This document shows positions 51,301-63,092 of a DNA stretch of 64,000 bases, in pieces (the stretch's first letter is position 1; every line of letters begins with the position of its first letter). This DNA comes from Lytechinus pictus. Lineage: Eukaryota. The stretch covers positions 31,312,001 through 31,376,000 of the forward strand of contig NC_087245.1 in assembly GCF_037042905.1 (NCBI RefSeq), in the 5' to 3' direction. A program made the position numbers and the translations under genes. Under the pieces are notes generated by a model, which saw only the letters and a program-made list of their open reading frames with translations, was not told where the DNA came from and made no database searches.

Positions 51301-54300
51301 TTATGATATTTTATTTTTTTTTCGTTGTGTAGACTTTCGGTGTCCAGAAGGATATAACATATCCACGTTACTATTTTGTGACAGTGTCAACGATTGTGGG
51401 GACCATTCAGATGAACAACAAAATTGCGGTAAGCCTTTCCCAGAAGTCTTTTATTTTTGCACAAAATAATGTCGGGCCCGAATTTTCCAGCAAAATACTC
51501 TAAATAGACTTCCTTTCTAAATGAATGTAGTAGTATCTTCTATATTGCAGGTTCAATCGAAATTATTAACAAGGCCCCGTCTTACAAAGAGTTAAGATTG
51601 ATCCAATCAATCGTAACTCTATGGAAATCTATCAGTGTCATAATTTTTTCTAAAGGAAATTTGCAGAATGTCCTTTGTAAACAAAGAGAAGCACAGTGAA
51701 TTTTCAAGAAAACAATGAATGCATGATCATAGTTAGAAAATATTTTTAACAAACATGCATAATAGATGTTGATGTTGCTGGCCGTCCATAGTTGTTATTG
51801 ATCGGATCAATCGCAACTCTTTGTAAGACGGGGCCCAGGGACCTTATCGGGGTGGCGTTTTATCAGCCTTTGTTATCTGACAAGTTGTCACCTCTGTATG
51901 GCAACTTTCCTTGGTTCTGATTGGCTGAGAGACTGTTACTATGGTAACTGTCGGAGAAAATTTCTTTATCCGACTGGTCCTTTCTTAAAACACCCCCCCC
52001 CAAAAAAAAATGTCAAACCTGAAAAATGTGAATAAGTTTCGAATATTGCTATGAAAGTATCAATCTAAATTCTAGTCTGCGAGGTTTATTCTTTCTCATT
52101 CAGACGTTGCTTTGATGTAAATGATGCATTTCTTCATTAAATTTATCCACTCTGCAAAATGATAATAACATGTATATATATATAATTTTTTATTAGTTTG
52201 TAGAAAAGAGGGGGAAGATATGAAATAAAATAAATCTCAAAATCAAATCAATGATCAGTAAGTGTAAGAGACTGAAATGCAATGATATATTTACACATTT
52301 TTGAATTAAACATAATATGTGTTGGTCTTTGTGATTGCCAGCTTGTGACCACGAGAATCTTCACTTATGTGGGAGTGGGGAGTGTATCTACGATTACAAT
52401 GTCTGTGATGGCGTATCGCAGTGTAGTAACGGCTCCGATGAGGAAAATTGCGGTAAGTAGATAACGACGATGATAACCACAATGATAGCGACGATGATCT
52501 CGATTATTAACCAACCTTTAATGATTGTGAACATCCCCTCAGACTTTTTTAATCCCCTCAGACTTTTTTAAACTAACCCAAAAGGTGGTTAGAATATTAA
52601 CGACCAACTGTCGGTTAATCAAGTCCTTGTTCATTTTGCTTTAACCAACACTTGGAATGTTCATGTTGGAATTCATTTCTCTACTGGTTAAATGTCTGAG
52701 AGTGCAGTGGGGTTCGCCCCCATTCTTGGGGATAGGAGTGGGAGACGAGGCCCCGGCTCTTCATAAATTCCCTGTCTGTGAGTACTTTGGCGAGAAGACC
52801 TTGTCTCACGGTGAGCATGAAATTATGTAAAGTATGATGATAATGATGGTTGTGACCGAATATGACGATGGAATTTGTATTTTTATTAAATACATTATCT
52901 GATTCATGAGACGTGTCTGAATATTTCACTGACAAAAGAAAAGGTGGGTCAAACGTAAGGTCTAGTGGTTAGAGCTTTGGGCATGTAATCGCAATGTTGT
53001 GAGTTCAAATCACAGCTCTGCCATTGTCCCCACTTTGATTGAAAAGGCCCAAGACATATCTGTCGTTTATAAGATCAGCCACTATGCCTGATTAACTTTT
53101 ACGTAAAATGTTTCTAATGTTATTGGTTATATACCAGCTTGGCGTTTACCAGCAAAAAGTTGTCCTGCCAAGTTCTTTCCGGGAGTTACAAGAAACAGAA
53201 ACAAGTACATGACAAAGTTGGAAAAGATAAAGATGATTACAATCTAAAAACCAAGGACTGAAAATAAATCCAGATCAGCTGTGGATAGTGACCAGCCGAA
53301 TATTGGATTTATTTGAAATCTTTAGGATTAACTTTCAAATCTCAAAAGATTTAAATTAAAATCTTTTAGATTTATATCTAAATCAGCAAGGTTTAAAATT
53401 AAATCTGATATGTTGGTCACTATTCACAGCCAAACTGGATTTATTTTAAATCCTTGATTCTTAAAAGGTATGATAATAGTTGATGATGATGATGATGATG
53501 ATGTGGATGCTGCTACTGCTGCTGTTGCTGCTGATGATGATCGTGACGACGACGATGATGACGATGATGATGATGATGATGATAATAATTATTGTGATGA
53601 TGACGATGATTATGATGATGTTGGAGATGATGATGATGATTGTGATGAAGTCTTAGTGGTAGAGATGAACATGATGGACGTTAATGATTTCAGCAAGATT
53701 CTGGTGGAAATTATGTATGGTATCCCAGTGAAGAAACGTATGCGAAATATGAGGATGATCGTATTGAATTAAGGGGCGTGTACTATATTGTGCACGCTAT
53801 TTCATGTAAATACACTCGGCAAAAAAAGTTCTTGGACACTTATAAAAGTTAAAATATTCCATATATATATTTGATTAAAGGCAAATTATTGTATGTCAAC
53901 ATGACCAGACTATATTCCTCTTCCAGTATGACATGACATTTTCATGTGAACAGTCATGCATGGGTGGTTAAATGCTTTAAACACTAGCAATGTCAGTAAA
54001 AGAAAATTGCAAGAAATGGACCATTCAAATGCTAATGATCATGGCAATCCTGTAGGCATACATTCAACAATTTCAACAGGGGGTTATCATTTGAATTGAA
54101 TGCTTAGGGATGCATCATGAGATGCACAATGAGATGGATCATTTGGACACTCACTTTCAAGATGAAGCTTTCCAACCAAGAGCTTGCAAGAGCAATAGGA
54201 ATGTTGCAGTCTGGGCAGTCATTTAGACAAGTGGCCCGATATTTCCAAGTTTCACCAACAACAATTTCAAATTTGAACCAGCAGTATTTGGCTACTGATG

Positions 54301-54953
54301 AAGTTAGAGACCGCCCTAGGAGTGGTCGACCTAGGGCCACCACCCCTGCAGAGGATAAGGACAATTTTCTTTTGCTTATGCCAAGATACTGAAATTTGAC
54401 ATTTTTTTCATCGACTAACTTTGACTTAAAATTCCAGTGGAATAGTGATGCATCCAAGATATACCGTGAACTTATATAGATCTGTTATAACTCCTATCAA
54501 ATGAGAAAAAGGTCTACTCACTTCATTGTTTCTTCTCGTATGAAATTCTTGGTGCTACGAACTCAAAGTGACAATGTTTGTTGAGAATAAGACGGGCAAT
54601 AAACTTGCCCGATCTTCACGATACAATGGTTGTTGTTTGATATAAAAGAAGGTTTATCAATTCCTTGTGTCTGGTATCCTTCACGATACGTTTTATTGAT
54701 AATAAGTTATTTTTAATTCACTTCTCCTTATTTCGGAGATAGTTTTGATTTTAATAATCAGCTATGCATGTTTGACCTATGTCTGAAATAACATGAAAAA
54801 TACAGTACGTGTTCCCTCTATGAATATTCATAATATAGTATTAAGACTTGCTGACGCTTCAAATTTTTTCCATTCTTGCGATCTCTGCGATCTTTACACC
54901 ATTTTGTGTTTCATTCTTTTTTAATGAGTAATTGATATCTTTATGTTTAAAGT

Positions 54954-54996
<43 letters not shown>

Positions 54997-56252
54997 TTCT
55001 TTGATTGTTTTTATTTAATAAGCAATAATTAATATTTCTATGTCCTTTATGAGTAATACTTCATACATTTATGTCTAATGGTATATCATGTTCTTGTGGC
55101 AGGCAAATTTCCGGAACTGGACGTACTGATTGTTTTTTATGTAGAAATCCAATAACCAATACCCATTTAGATGAAGAAAATCATGACGAATTATCCGTTG
55201 AAAACGAATATCATACCCTTGATGAATTTCAGCAATTGATATCAAATCTTAATAGATTACCGCTATATATTCTTTTACATTTTAATTGCCGTAGCCTGAA
55301 AAGAAATTTTGATGCTCTTAGTTCATATCTACATCTCATTAATTCATATCAATCTATTATCGCAGTTACTGAAACATGGCTCAAAGAAGGTGATGAGGAA
55401 GGATATAATTTACCAGGTTTTTCGTTCACTGCAAAATCTCGTAAAATGAAGAGAGGGGGTGGTATAGGTATTTATGTACGCAGTGATATACAGTTTAAAA
55501 GAAGACAAGATCTTGATATCTTCAATGATAATATTGAAAGCATGTCTATAGAAATCAATTCGAAACCAACTAATCATATAATATCCGTGATATATAGACC
55601 ACCAAATCAATCAAAGGTAAAATTTATGGATGACATAACCATACTTTTAAATAATATTTCAAAGGAAAAGAAACAGTCCACACTATTGGGTGACTTTAAT
55701 ATAAATATTCTTAACTATAACATAAATTCCTCTGTTAATAATTTTGTTGATACTTTGGCTACTTTTTCCTTCTATCCACAAATAGTAAAACCGACAAGAA
55801 TTACTCCAACATCAACGACCGCCTTAGACAATATCATATGTAATATCCCCGAAAAGGTTATTAAGTCGGGTATACTCACTGAAGAAGAATATTGTCTGGT
55901 CATGTTGACATACAATAATTTGCCTTTAATCAAATATCTGTATGGAATATTTTAACTTTTATAAGTGTCCAAGAACTTTTTTGCCGAGTGTAATGATATC
56001 ATTATCATCTATTATCATGATCAATCTTTTCGTCACCCTGTGTTTTCTAGTTTGTCAGAGCTGGCAGGTGATTTGTCCGAACAATAACACATGTATGCCC
56101 TGGTGGATAAGATGTGACGGTGTCGACGATTGCGGTGATAACAGTGATGAACAGGATTGTCCAGGTATTTGATGTATTATGTGAGGATAAGGAATAGGAG
56201 TAGGAGTAGAAGGAATAGTAGTAGTATATTAGTATAGTAGTATAGTAGTAGC

Positions 56253-56292
<40 letters not shown>

Positions 56293-59200
56293 ATAATAAT
56301 AATAATAATTTTACGCCATTCCAAGTTTGCAGCATTTGTGCATTTTTGCATTGTCTATGGCATGTTAACCCCCCTTTTTACATCCAGGATCTGAGCAGGG
56401 ACATTTCCCTAATCATATCCAGGCTCATCAATTCATAAACTTTGGCATGTTCAGAAGGGGAATCAGTGTCCCAACTTGAAAGAAAATGTGAATGATGGAT
56501 GAGTAAAATAAGTTGAAAAATAAAGGGGAATCCACAAATTAATCCCCCTTTGCAAAAAGAAACCGGAGAAACCAGAGAAAATTTTGACTTTTTTCAGTTT
56601 CTTTTAAACAGTTACATTGGTTGAATTAACTTGACTTCAGTAGCTTATTAACTAAAAAAAAAGGGAATGAAAACAAAAATGTTGTATTGTTGGAATTAGG
56701 CATGAAACAGAGCATCTCCCGTTATCAAACATGAAATGAACTGTCAAATACTGTTTTTGCCCTTCTGACTGGGCCTTCTGAACATGCTCAAGGTTGTGAT
56801 TTGATGAGCCTGGTTAGATCATGGAGATTTCCCTGGACAGATCAGGGAATTCCTTGGTCAGAATGGTCAAAGTGGGTCGATATGCTAGAAAGTGCAGAAC
56901 ACACAGCAGTGCTGCATGCATGCAAACTTGGAATGGGCTGAAAAGCACCACTGTTACATAATAGACTGTGTATTCAAAAACCACTGAAGCGAGACCAATT
57001 AATTTTTTTATAGAAGTTAGGACATGAGATGAGCTTCCTAGTTCCATACATTTCATTGAGAATCATTCTTATTTTTTGAATTAATTTAGCCGCATATCAG
57101 AGGGACATTTTTTGGGGGCTGCCCTGTATGTTAAACAATAGTGGAATGGAATGATATTTGTTCTAATATATTTTGTTTGTATATACATCACAGTGTGTCA
57201 TGAGAACGCATATGATTGTGGCAATCATCAGTGTATACCAGCTTCTTGGGGGTGCGATGGAATCTCTGACTGCTATGACGGGCAAGACGAAGAAAATTGC
57301 CGTAAGTTTTCAGGAGCATGATACACTGTTCAAAATGTTGGGCAACATACTTACTGTGAACACAACATTTGGTTAAAACTTTATCAAATTCTTGGTAGTT
57401 TTAAACCAATAATGTGTGCTTTTGGTGAAAACTACACAGTATTGGTTGAAAACAACCCAGACATGGATAATTTTTTAACCAATTGTTGTATGGACAGTAT
57501 GTTGCCCAACATTTTAAGAGTGTAAAGAAGAGATGTCGAAAAAAGACAAGGGAAAAGAGGACGGTTACTTCGATCAGCGCATGTTTTGGTCCTCATAAAA
57601 TTGGAAAAAAAATATCATGTGATACTTCTTATCTTTTTATAATCTATGGCATGTTTTGAAATTCATTATCAACAAATACGTATCAGATATTTATGCTGAA
57701 AAATGTGTAATATTAATAGATGATGGTATAAATCAGTATGGACGTAAAACTGTGATGCTTACATATATGTGCTAAATATTACTTTTACGACATCTATCAT
57801 TGCCTGTTTTCAATTGGCATATAGTTGTTTTATCCCATCTTGGTAAAATTGTTTAATATGCTAATTCCATGTTTATACATGTATAGCCGGAAACAATTTA
57901 ATCAATCACTAGATTTATGTCTCTTGTTATTCCCGTGTAAGCCATGTATACCTGATTAATTTACATTTATACACTTGTCTCATTAAAAAAAAACTCCCTT
58001 TAAGCAGTTCTACCAACCTTATTGGCATCATTATTTGTTTTCTCCTTATTCCGGCACAGTAATATATTATCTTCAAGTCTTTAAAGAAATACCATTTGTT
58101 TATAATTTCTGTTTTTTATTTTACTCATGCAAGCAAATGAATTACTGACTTTATCCCCACAGAATCATATTCTGGTTACAAATATCCAGGATTAATGTTA
58201 TCCCATGTATACAATTATTCTACTCTACTCTTTTTTTTAATTTCAACATATAACATTGATTTTATTACTTTCACATGTCATTTTGTTATGATCATTGATA
58301 TTGTATATATTTTGTATTTTACCTTATAAAGAATTTCGCAATTCAGCCTTCGGCTGCGATGAAGTGTTCTTAATAACCCATTCCAATTTCATTTCCAATT
58401 ATCATATAGCACCACCGGAACCATGTGAGGAGGGCGAGTTCCAGTGCGAGGATGGAAAGTGTCTGCGCCAGGCCCTGGTATGTGACGACGTAGAACAATG
58501 CGACTACGGTGAAGACGAAAATGCAACACTCTGCGGCAGAGGTATTAAACCTTGAATTTACCTTTAATTGACCCTGAATTTATCTTAAATATACATTGAA
58601 TTTACCTTGAATTTGTCATGAATTTACCTTGCATCTACCTTAATTTTACCTTGAAATTACCTTAATTCACCAATAATGTACCTTGAAATTACCTGGATTT
58701 ATATTTAATTTACCTTGAACTTGCTTTTAATTTACTTTGAATTTACACTCAATTTACCTTGAATATACTTTGAATTCATCTTGAGATTTGCCTTGAATTT
58801 GTATTTACCTTACATTTACCTTGATTCCTCTTTAAATTTACCCTGAAATTACCTTAAAATTACCTTGAAATCACCTTGCATTTACCTTGAATCAACCATA
58901 AATTTACCCTAAATCTTTCTTAAATTCAACTTTAAATTGCCTTGAATTTATTTTGGTTCTACCCTGAATTTACCCGGAATTAACATTGAACCTACTATTG
59001 AATTACCTTGTCATATTCCAACTTATTTCATTCACGTACATTGTAGTAATATCCAAAATTACAATTTGTATGTAAATTTCTTTTGTGTAAAAGTTTAAGA
59101 GGAAGAAATATCTCTGATACACTAACATAAATGCATCGAATTCTGGTTCATGCACATTAATTTCACTTTTTAACAATAGGCAATATTACTTTACTCGTTG

Positions 59201-62200
59201 AAGCTCGTTAAAGTTTCATTAACCCCCCCCCCCCCCCGCTGCATGTGGCTATAGCATTTTGTTACTACACTCTATCCAAATTATTTATATATCCTAGACG
59301 AGGAAGATTCTGATTGTTACGGGTACGAATGTGGAGATGGGTCTTATTGTATCCCTTTGGATTATATATGTGACGACTACGCTGATTGCGATAATGCAGA
59401 AGACGAGGAGTACTGTGAAGAAGAAGGTGAGAGTTAAACGGTGGCAGGAAGCAGGGGCGGATCCAGGATTTTCCAAAAGGAGGGGGGCACATTTTCCCGA
59501 GGAAAATTTGAGAAGCAAAAAAAAAAGGTTCTCACTAAAGATGAAGGTCAATTTGTCCCACGTAAAATTGAACAATAAAAAAAAGGTTATCATTTAAAAA
59601 TGAAGGTTATTTTGTCACACGTACAATTTGACAAGCAAAAAAAAGTCCTCACCTGTGTATGAACGACATATTCCCATTAAAAATATTTGATGTGACTCTA
59701 AAAGGGGCGCACTCATGTATGAACGACATGTTTATATTGATAATATTGACTCTGAAAGGGGGCACGCAGTGGCGTAACAGGGGTCGGTTGCCAGGGGGGG
59801 CAAGAGCCAAAAATTTCCCGGTCATATCATGGTATGAACAGGATTTTTTTTAGGATTGTGCCCAAGCATTAGGGCAAAGCAGCTCAATGCGTGATAAGTA
59901 CAAAAAAGAGGGGGCACAGCATGACGCTCGCTACAAAAAATTGCTTAATATAAAGTCCCGAGCGAGCGAAGCGAGCGAGAAAAAAAATCACCTTTTCATG
60001 AGAATCTAACTTAGAAATTGATTTTGACAAGATATTCAGAAAATATCATCATATCTTACATCGTCCTTTGCTTTCCTTTCACCTTTTCTTTTTGTTCTTG
60101 GCCAGTGCCATGCGGATTGGGTCCGGCGCAGTGGCGGCACCAGAATTTTTAACGTAGGGGAAGGCAAAGAACATTTGGAGGAGGGGGGGCAACACTATTT
60201 GTTTGCCTATTTCACAAAATTTGTGAAATAGGCAAACAAATAGTGTTGCCCCCCCTCCTCCAAATTCGAGTGAGAAGCATGAGCTCATTTTGTTCAATGT
60301 AGGCACTACTGACTTTAAATTGACCTGTTAAGGACTAGCTATCCGCATTGGATCATGCAGATTATATCTCACCAAATAAATAATGTGAGCGCGAAGCGCG
60401 AGCTGAAAATTTTAGATATCCTCAGATAACTGGACGTTCTAAGCACTTTTTGTTATCATTAACTGGATGGCTATCTAACGAAACAATTGATGCGAGCGCG
60501 TAGCCAAAAATGTTTGATTTATGAAAATTGTGAATACGCAGGATGTGTATCTTGCATAAAACGAGTAATGAAAACTCTAATCGCGAGAAGCATATTGACT
60601 TGAACACTGGATTTGTATGCCCCATGTGAACATATAATTTACTTATCTCATTCAACAGTTACTGCGAGCGCGTAGCGCGAGCGAAATTTTGTATGACCTG
60701 AAAGATGTATGTTGACATATATTGTTGAGAGCTAACAGTGAATGGATGAGAAAATTTCAAAATTTAAAGAACAAAAAGCTGTTTTAGAGCACTTTGCAGA
60801 TTAATTAGGATGCTTATGACAACATTAACTACACATCATTTTTTTGCATTTTTCAAAATTTCGGGGGGGGGGGGAGCAAGTGGGGTAAACCCATTGGGGG
60901 CAAATGCCCCCGTGCCTCCCTCTTGGTTCCATCACTGGTCCGGGGCAACCTTGTAATATTTTAAACATTGCAGATGGCCACTTTATTATCAAACCGCAGG
61001 TATGGAGATATATTAGTATATATCTCTATGAGGTACATACACAACACAGCTTAAAAGCAGTTGCGGATAACAAACGAAATATTTTGAGGCAGCAAAACGT
61101 AGCAAATGTGGTAAAATTTGTAAAAAGTCTCCAGCGAGCGAAGCGAGCCATAAAAATGGCCTTTTGTAAAAAGATTTTGAAATTGAATTCTGATGTGATA
61201 ATAGCTTTGAAAATTTAGCCAAAGTAAACATTGATAGACTTTGTACGGTAGATCTAGCAGGCGCAAAGCTTTACTTATAGGTTATGATCGACATAGGGGG
61301 ATATATAAATAGCCCTTGGCTAAGAAATTTTTTGTCCTGATTACGACCATCATTGCATAAAAATTAGCAAGCTGATAATATACGCCATCCACCTTTCTTC
61401 CCGTTCTTTATATGTTTTAATCCTCGGCAGCCCGGTCGTGTTATTAAGTTCTTTTTTTTTCTTGTCCATTTTCTTCATATTCTGATTTTCCAATTTAGCT
61501 TGTGGCTCTACCTTCATTTCCCGTTTCTTTTTGCCTCGTTCTCCCATTTTCCCGCCATTCTTGCCTGTGCCATTAAGTCATATCTTTTGAATTTATATCC
61601 CTTTCTTGCTAATCATGCTAATGTATTAGTATTTCAGGATATTTTGTACTTTCTCAAATGTTCTGCCGTTCCTTTTCCCGCTTTCCTTCCGTTTTCTCTA
61701 TTTATATTCTTTCTTTGTGTCTCTTACATTTCACCTTTTCCCTTACCCTTTCCTCCTTTTTTTTTCTTTCTTTCCCTTTCCCTTTCTCTCTTTCTCCCTT
61801 TTCTATTTTTCCCGTTTTTTTCCCCGGTGAAATCCGCCAGGGGGGCAGCTTGCCCCCCCCCCGATCCGCCACTGGCAGGAAGAAATCAAATTGATCAAAT
61901 ATAGGGCCACTCAAACTAGGGGTTCTCAGAAACACCCTTATAAATGAATAAATATATAAATGAATATTAAAGTAAATAAGTAAATAAATATATAAATGAA
62001 TAAGTAAATAAATAAATATATAAATAAATAAAATCTATGAAAAAATAAAAAAGAAAAGATAATAAATGAATAGATTAAAACAAAAAAAAATAAATGAAGA
62101 AATGAAAAATAAAAATAACGATGCGAATAGAGTAAAATAACTAAATGTTAACCATCTTTGGAGTTGATAACCTTTTTCATTCTGTATAACAAATTCTCAT

Positions 62201-63092
62201 TGAGGAAAATCTCAACCAATACTTTTTTTTCTTATCAAATTCATGAGAAGGTAAGGTCGACCATATCTTGAGTTCATAAACTTTTTTTATCAAATTGTTG
62301 ACCCATTCTAAATCTATAGTCGACCCTTTCTAAATAGCTCGGAATGTTTAATCTGGATTCAATTCCAAATCATGTAAAAATGTGAAAAATGAAGTTATAA
62401 AAATTACGATTCATCATTGGCATGTTTCGTAAACTTTGTCAAGAAGAATAGATTTCTGTAACAAAATTAAGTACTTTATTATTGATAGACAGTACACCCA
62501 TATATACATTTTTAATATTCTCATTCGATGTTTTTGTTTGTAAGGTACGTGTATTGAATTTCATCTACAGTATACCGACGTGTGAGAAAACCCTCATTTC
62601 TCCTATATGTTCCTTATTTTTGTATATCGTCATGAAAAAATATGTGAAAGACAAAACAATAATTATGTTTCGTCATTAATCTGAGGCAGATTTTTAATAT
62701 CTGAATTAAGCTCTAGTGCCTTAATCAAATTAGGATTGCAATGCAATTATAATCAGAGTGTGGTCGTCTTGATCGACGTATTAATATAGTATGAAATTTA
62801 TAGGCATACTATTTTTATTCTATTTTTCCAGGGGGATAAATTTTAATATTAAATAGTCTTGCTTTAATATTGAAATGTAGCGCGCGCGCTCTCTCTCTCT
62901 CTTTGCCTCAATTAATTAACCAAAACGCTTTCTTTTAAACTTTCTTTTCATTTAAATCTTCTCTAGAAGAGTGTGAGGAGGGGTATTCTCCGTGCCCCGG
63001 CCGATCCTGTATTGCAAATAAATACCTCTGTAACGGAATAACTGATTGTCCAGGAGGAGTAGACGAGGTCAACTGTACAGCCACACCTCCAG
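30751..63092 (+). CDS. Hydrophobic-anchor / Thr-rich stalk / CUB / >=9 LDLa repeat protein, 5' partial (SFE1/proteoliaisin-like or TTSP-like)
   Basis: 17 exons, 1714 nt (571 codons, still open at the end); all internal exons from exon 3 are phase 1-1 with GT-AG; LDLa CxxxxxCxxxxDE motifs recur. Confidence 0.85.
31388..31633. mobile_element. Short palindromic MITE (CACTG-type termini)
   Basis: TACTGCAAAAACTCTGGTGTT ... AACACCGGAGTTTTTGCAGTG. Confidence 0.7.
32015..34463. repeat. 29-bp minisatellite, ~84 copies
   Basis: Consensus GTCATTTACTATGTAACTTACACAACGAT, head-to-tail with no spacers. Confidence 0.95.
35128..35331. mobile_element. Short palindromic MITE
   Basis: CTGTAAAAA...TAAGCCCGTCACTCTAACG ... 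CGTTAGAGTGACAGGCTTAA...TTTTTACTG. Confidence 0.55.
35842..35975 (+). CDS. CUB-LDLa gene exon 2 (transmembrane/signal anchor)
   Basis: ccatcag|[48 protein letters not shown]|gtgaga. Confidence 0.8.
36429..36708 (-). mobile_element. tRNA-derived SINE (CORE-like central part), near full length
   Basis: Reverse complement begins GGGTGCGTCGTGGTCTAGTGG (A box) ... GTTCGAATCG (B box) ... AGCGCTTTATAAAT + (TAT)n tail. Confidence 0.8.
38864..38878 (+). CDS. CUB-LDLa gene exon 3 (15-nt microexon, ELSRQ)
   Basis: (CT)n tract-ccacag|AGCTTTCCAGACAAG|gtaaat; phase 1-1. Confidence 0.6.
39688..39768 (+). CDS. CUB-LDLa gene exon 4 (Thr-rich stalk)
   Basis: cattag|[30 protein letters not shown]|gtatgt. Confidence 0.75.
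39908..40482. mobile_element. Degenerate Kolobok-like MITE
   Basis: AGGGGATCCCAACC ... GGCTGGATTCCCAT|TTAA. Confidence 0.45.
40590..40990. repeat. Degenerate (TTTGCA/TATGTA)n hexamer microsatellite
   Basis: Recurring TTTGCA, TATTTG. Confidence 0.7.
41038..41088 (+). CDS. CUB-LDLa gene exon 5 (Thr-rich stalk)
   Basis: catcag|[20 protein letters not shown]|gtaggt. Confidence 0.7.
41630..41882. mobile_element. hAT-like MITE
   Basis: ACTGGCGT|CATAGGCGGCGG ... CCGCCGCCAATG|ACTGCCGT; 8-bp TSD with 1 mismatch. Confidence 0.75.
43090..43119 (+). CDS. CUB-LDLa gene exon 6 (start of CUB)
   Basis: atacag|[13 protein letters not shown]|gtaagt; 30 nt. Confidence 0.7.
44490..45450 (+). mobile_element. 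Decayed LINE reverse transcriptase (CR1/L2-group)
   Basis: [39 protein letters not shown]; frameshifts and stops. Confidence 0.9.
45996..46171. mobile_element. hAT-like MITE (partial homologue at ~47215-47312)
   Basis: CAGGGGCCGCGGAA ... TTCCGCGGCCCCT. Confidence 0.6.
46595..46747 (+). CDS. CUB-LDLa gene exon 7 (CUB N-half)
   Basis: ttgcag|[54 protein letters not shown]|gtaagt. Confidence 0.85.
47410..47604 (+). CDS. CUB-LDLa gene exon 8 (CUB C-half)
   Basis: gcacag|[68 protein letters not shown]|gtaagg. Confidence 0.85.
47703..48713 (-). mobile_element. PIF/Harbinger-like deletion derivative with a transposase-like 5' remnant
   Basis: TIR ACCCCCGTCACACT ... AGTGTGACGGGGGT; many GCATTC subterminal motifs; minus-strand [39 protein letters not shown] from 48184. 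Confidence 0.7.
49234..49830. mobile_element. Kolobok-like MITE (uninterrupted copy of the 2777-3857 family)
   Basis: TTAA|AGGACAAGTCCAC ... GTGGACTTGACCT|TAAA. Confidence 0.75.
49915..50037 (+). CDS. LDLa repeat 1 exon
   Basis: [41 protein letters not shown]; ag/gt, phase 1-1. Confidence 0.88.
50556..50660 (+). CDS. LDLa repeat 2 exon (degenerate acidic motif)
   Basis: [35 protein letters not shown]. Confidence 0.85.
51333..51428 (+). CDS. LDLa repeat 3 exon (4-Cys variant)
   Basis: [32 protein letters not shown]. Confidence 0.85.
51572..51835. mobile_element. PIF/Harbinger-like MITE copy
   Basis: GGCCCCGTCTTACAAAGAG ... CTCTTTGTAAGACGGGGCC. Confidence 0.8.
52342..52452 (+). CDS. LDLa repeat 4 exon
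   Basis: [37 protein letters not shown]. Confidence 0.9.
52945..53205 (+). mobile_element. tRNA-derived SINE-like fragment
   Basis: GGTCTAGTGGTTAGAGC (A box) ... GAGTTCAAATC (B box); (GAAACA)n-like tail. Confidence 0.5.
53480..53650. repeat. (GAT)n microsatellite
   Basis: Direct; explains the poly-Asp ORF 53470-53772. Confidence 0.9.
53813..54392 (+). mobile_element. Tc1/mariner 5' fragment: TIR + transposase paired-like HTH
   Basis: TA|CACTCGGCAAAAAAAG; from ATG 54162 [36 protein letters not shown]...[12 protein letters not shown]. Confidence 0.85.
55071..55880 (+). mobile_element. LINE ORF2 apurinic-endonuclease domain (CR1/L2-group), 3'-truncated
   Basis: [42 protein letters not shown]; uninterrupted frame. 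Confidence 0.9.
56051..56164 (+). CDS. LDLa repeat 5 exon
   Basis: [38 protein letters not shown]. Confidence 0.9.
56205..56310. repeat. (GTA)n/(TAA)n microsatellite
   Basis: Direct. Confidence 0.85.
57194..57301 (+). CDS. LDLa repeat 6 exon
   Basis: [36 protein letters not shown]. Confidence 0.9.
57323..57523. mobile_element. Short palindromic MITE (CACT-type termini)
   Basis: CACTGTTCAAAATGTTGGGCAACATACT ... AGTATGTTGCCCAACATTTTAAGAGTG. Confidence 0.6.
58410..58541 (+). CDS. LDLa repeat 7 exon
   Basis: [44 protein letters not shown]. Confidence 0.9.
58550..59010. repeat. 11-bp minisatellite (CCTTGAATTTA)n, ~40 degenerate copies
   Basis: Direct; begins right after the LDLa7 donor. Confidence 0.85.
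59298..59426 (+). CDS. LDLa repeat 8 exon
   Basis: [43 protein letters not shown]. Confidence 0.9.
59452..61873. mobile_element. Cluster of nested hAT-like MITEs
   Basis: Termini CAGGGGCGGATCC (59452), CAGTGGCGTAAC (~59767), CAGTGGCGGCAC (~60128), CCATCACTG (~60936), GATCCGCCACTG (~61873); GCGAGCGAAGCGAGC motifs. Confidence 0.55.
62967..63092 (+). CDS. LDLa repeat 9 exon (gene continues beyond window)
   Basis: [45 protein letters not shown]|gtaata. Confidence 0.9.

Noticed and set aside
52688..52810. Extra LDLa-sized exon ending CACG|gtgagc
   Set aside because: Good donor, but no convincing AG acceptor in phase and no LDLa Cys pattern.
53470..53772. Poly-Asp protein ORF
   Set aside because: (GAT)n microsatellite with no supporting splice signals.
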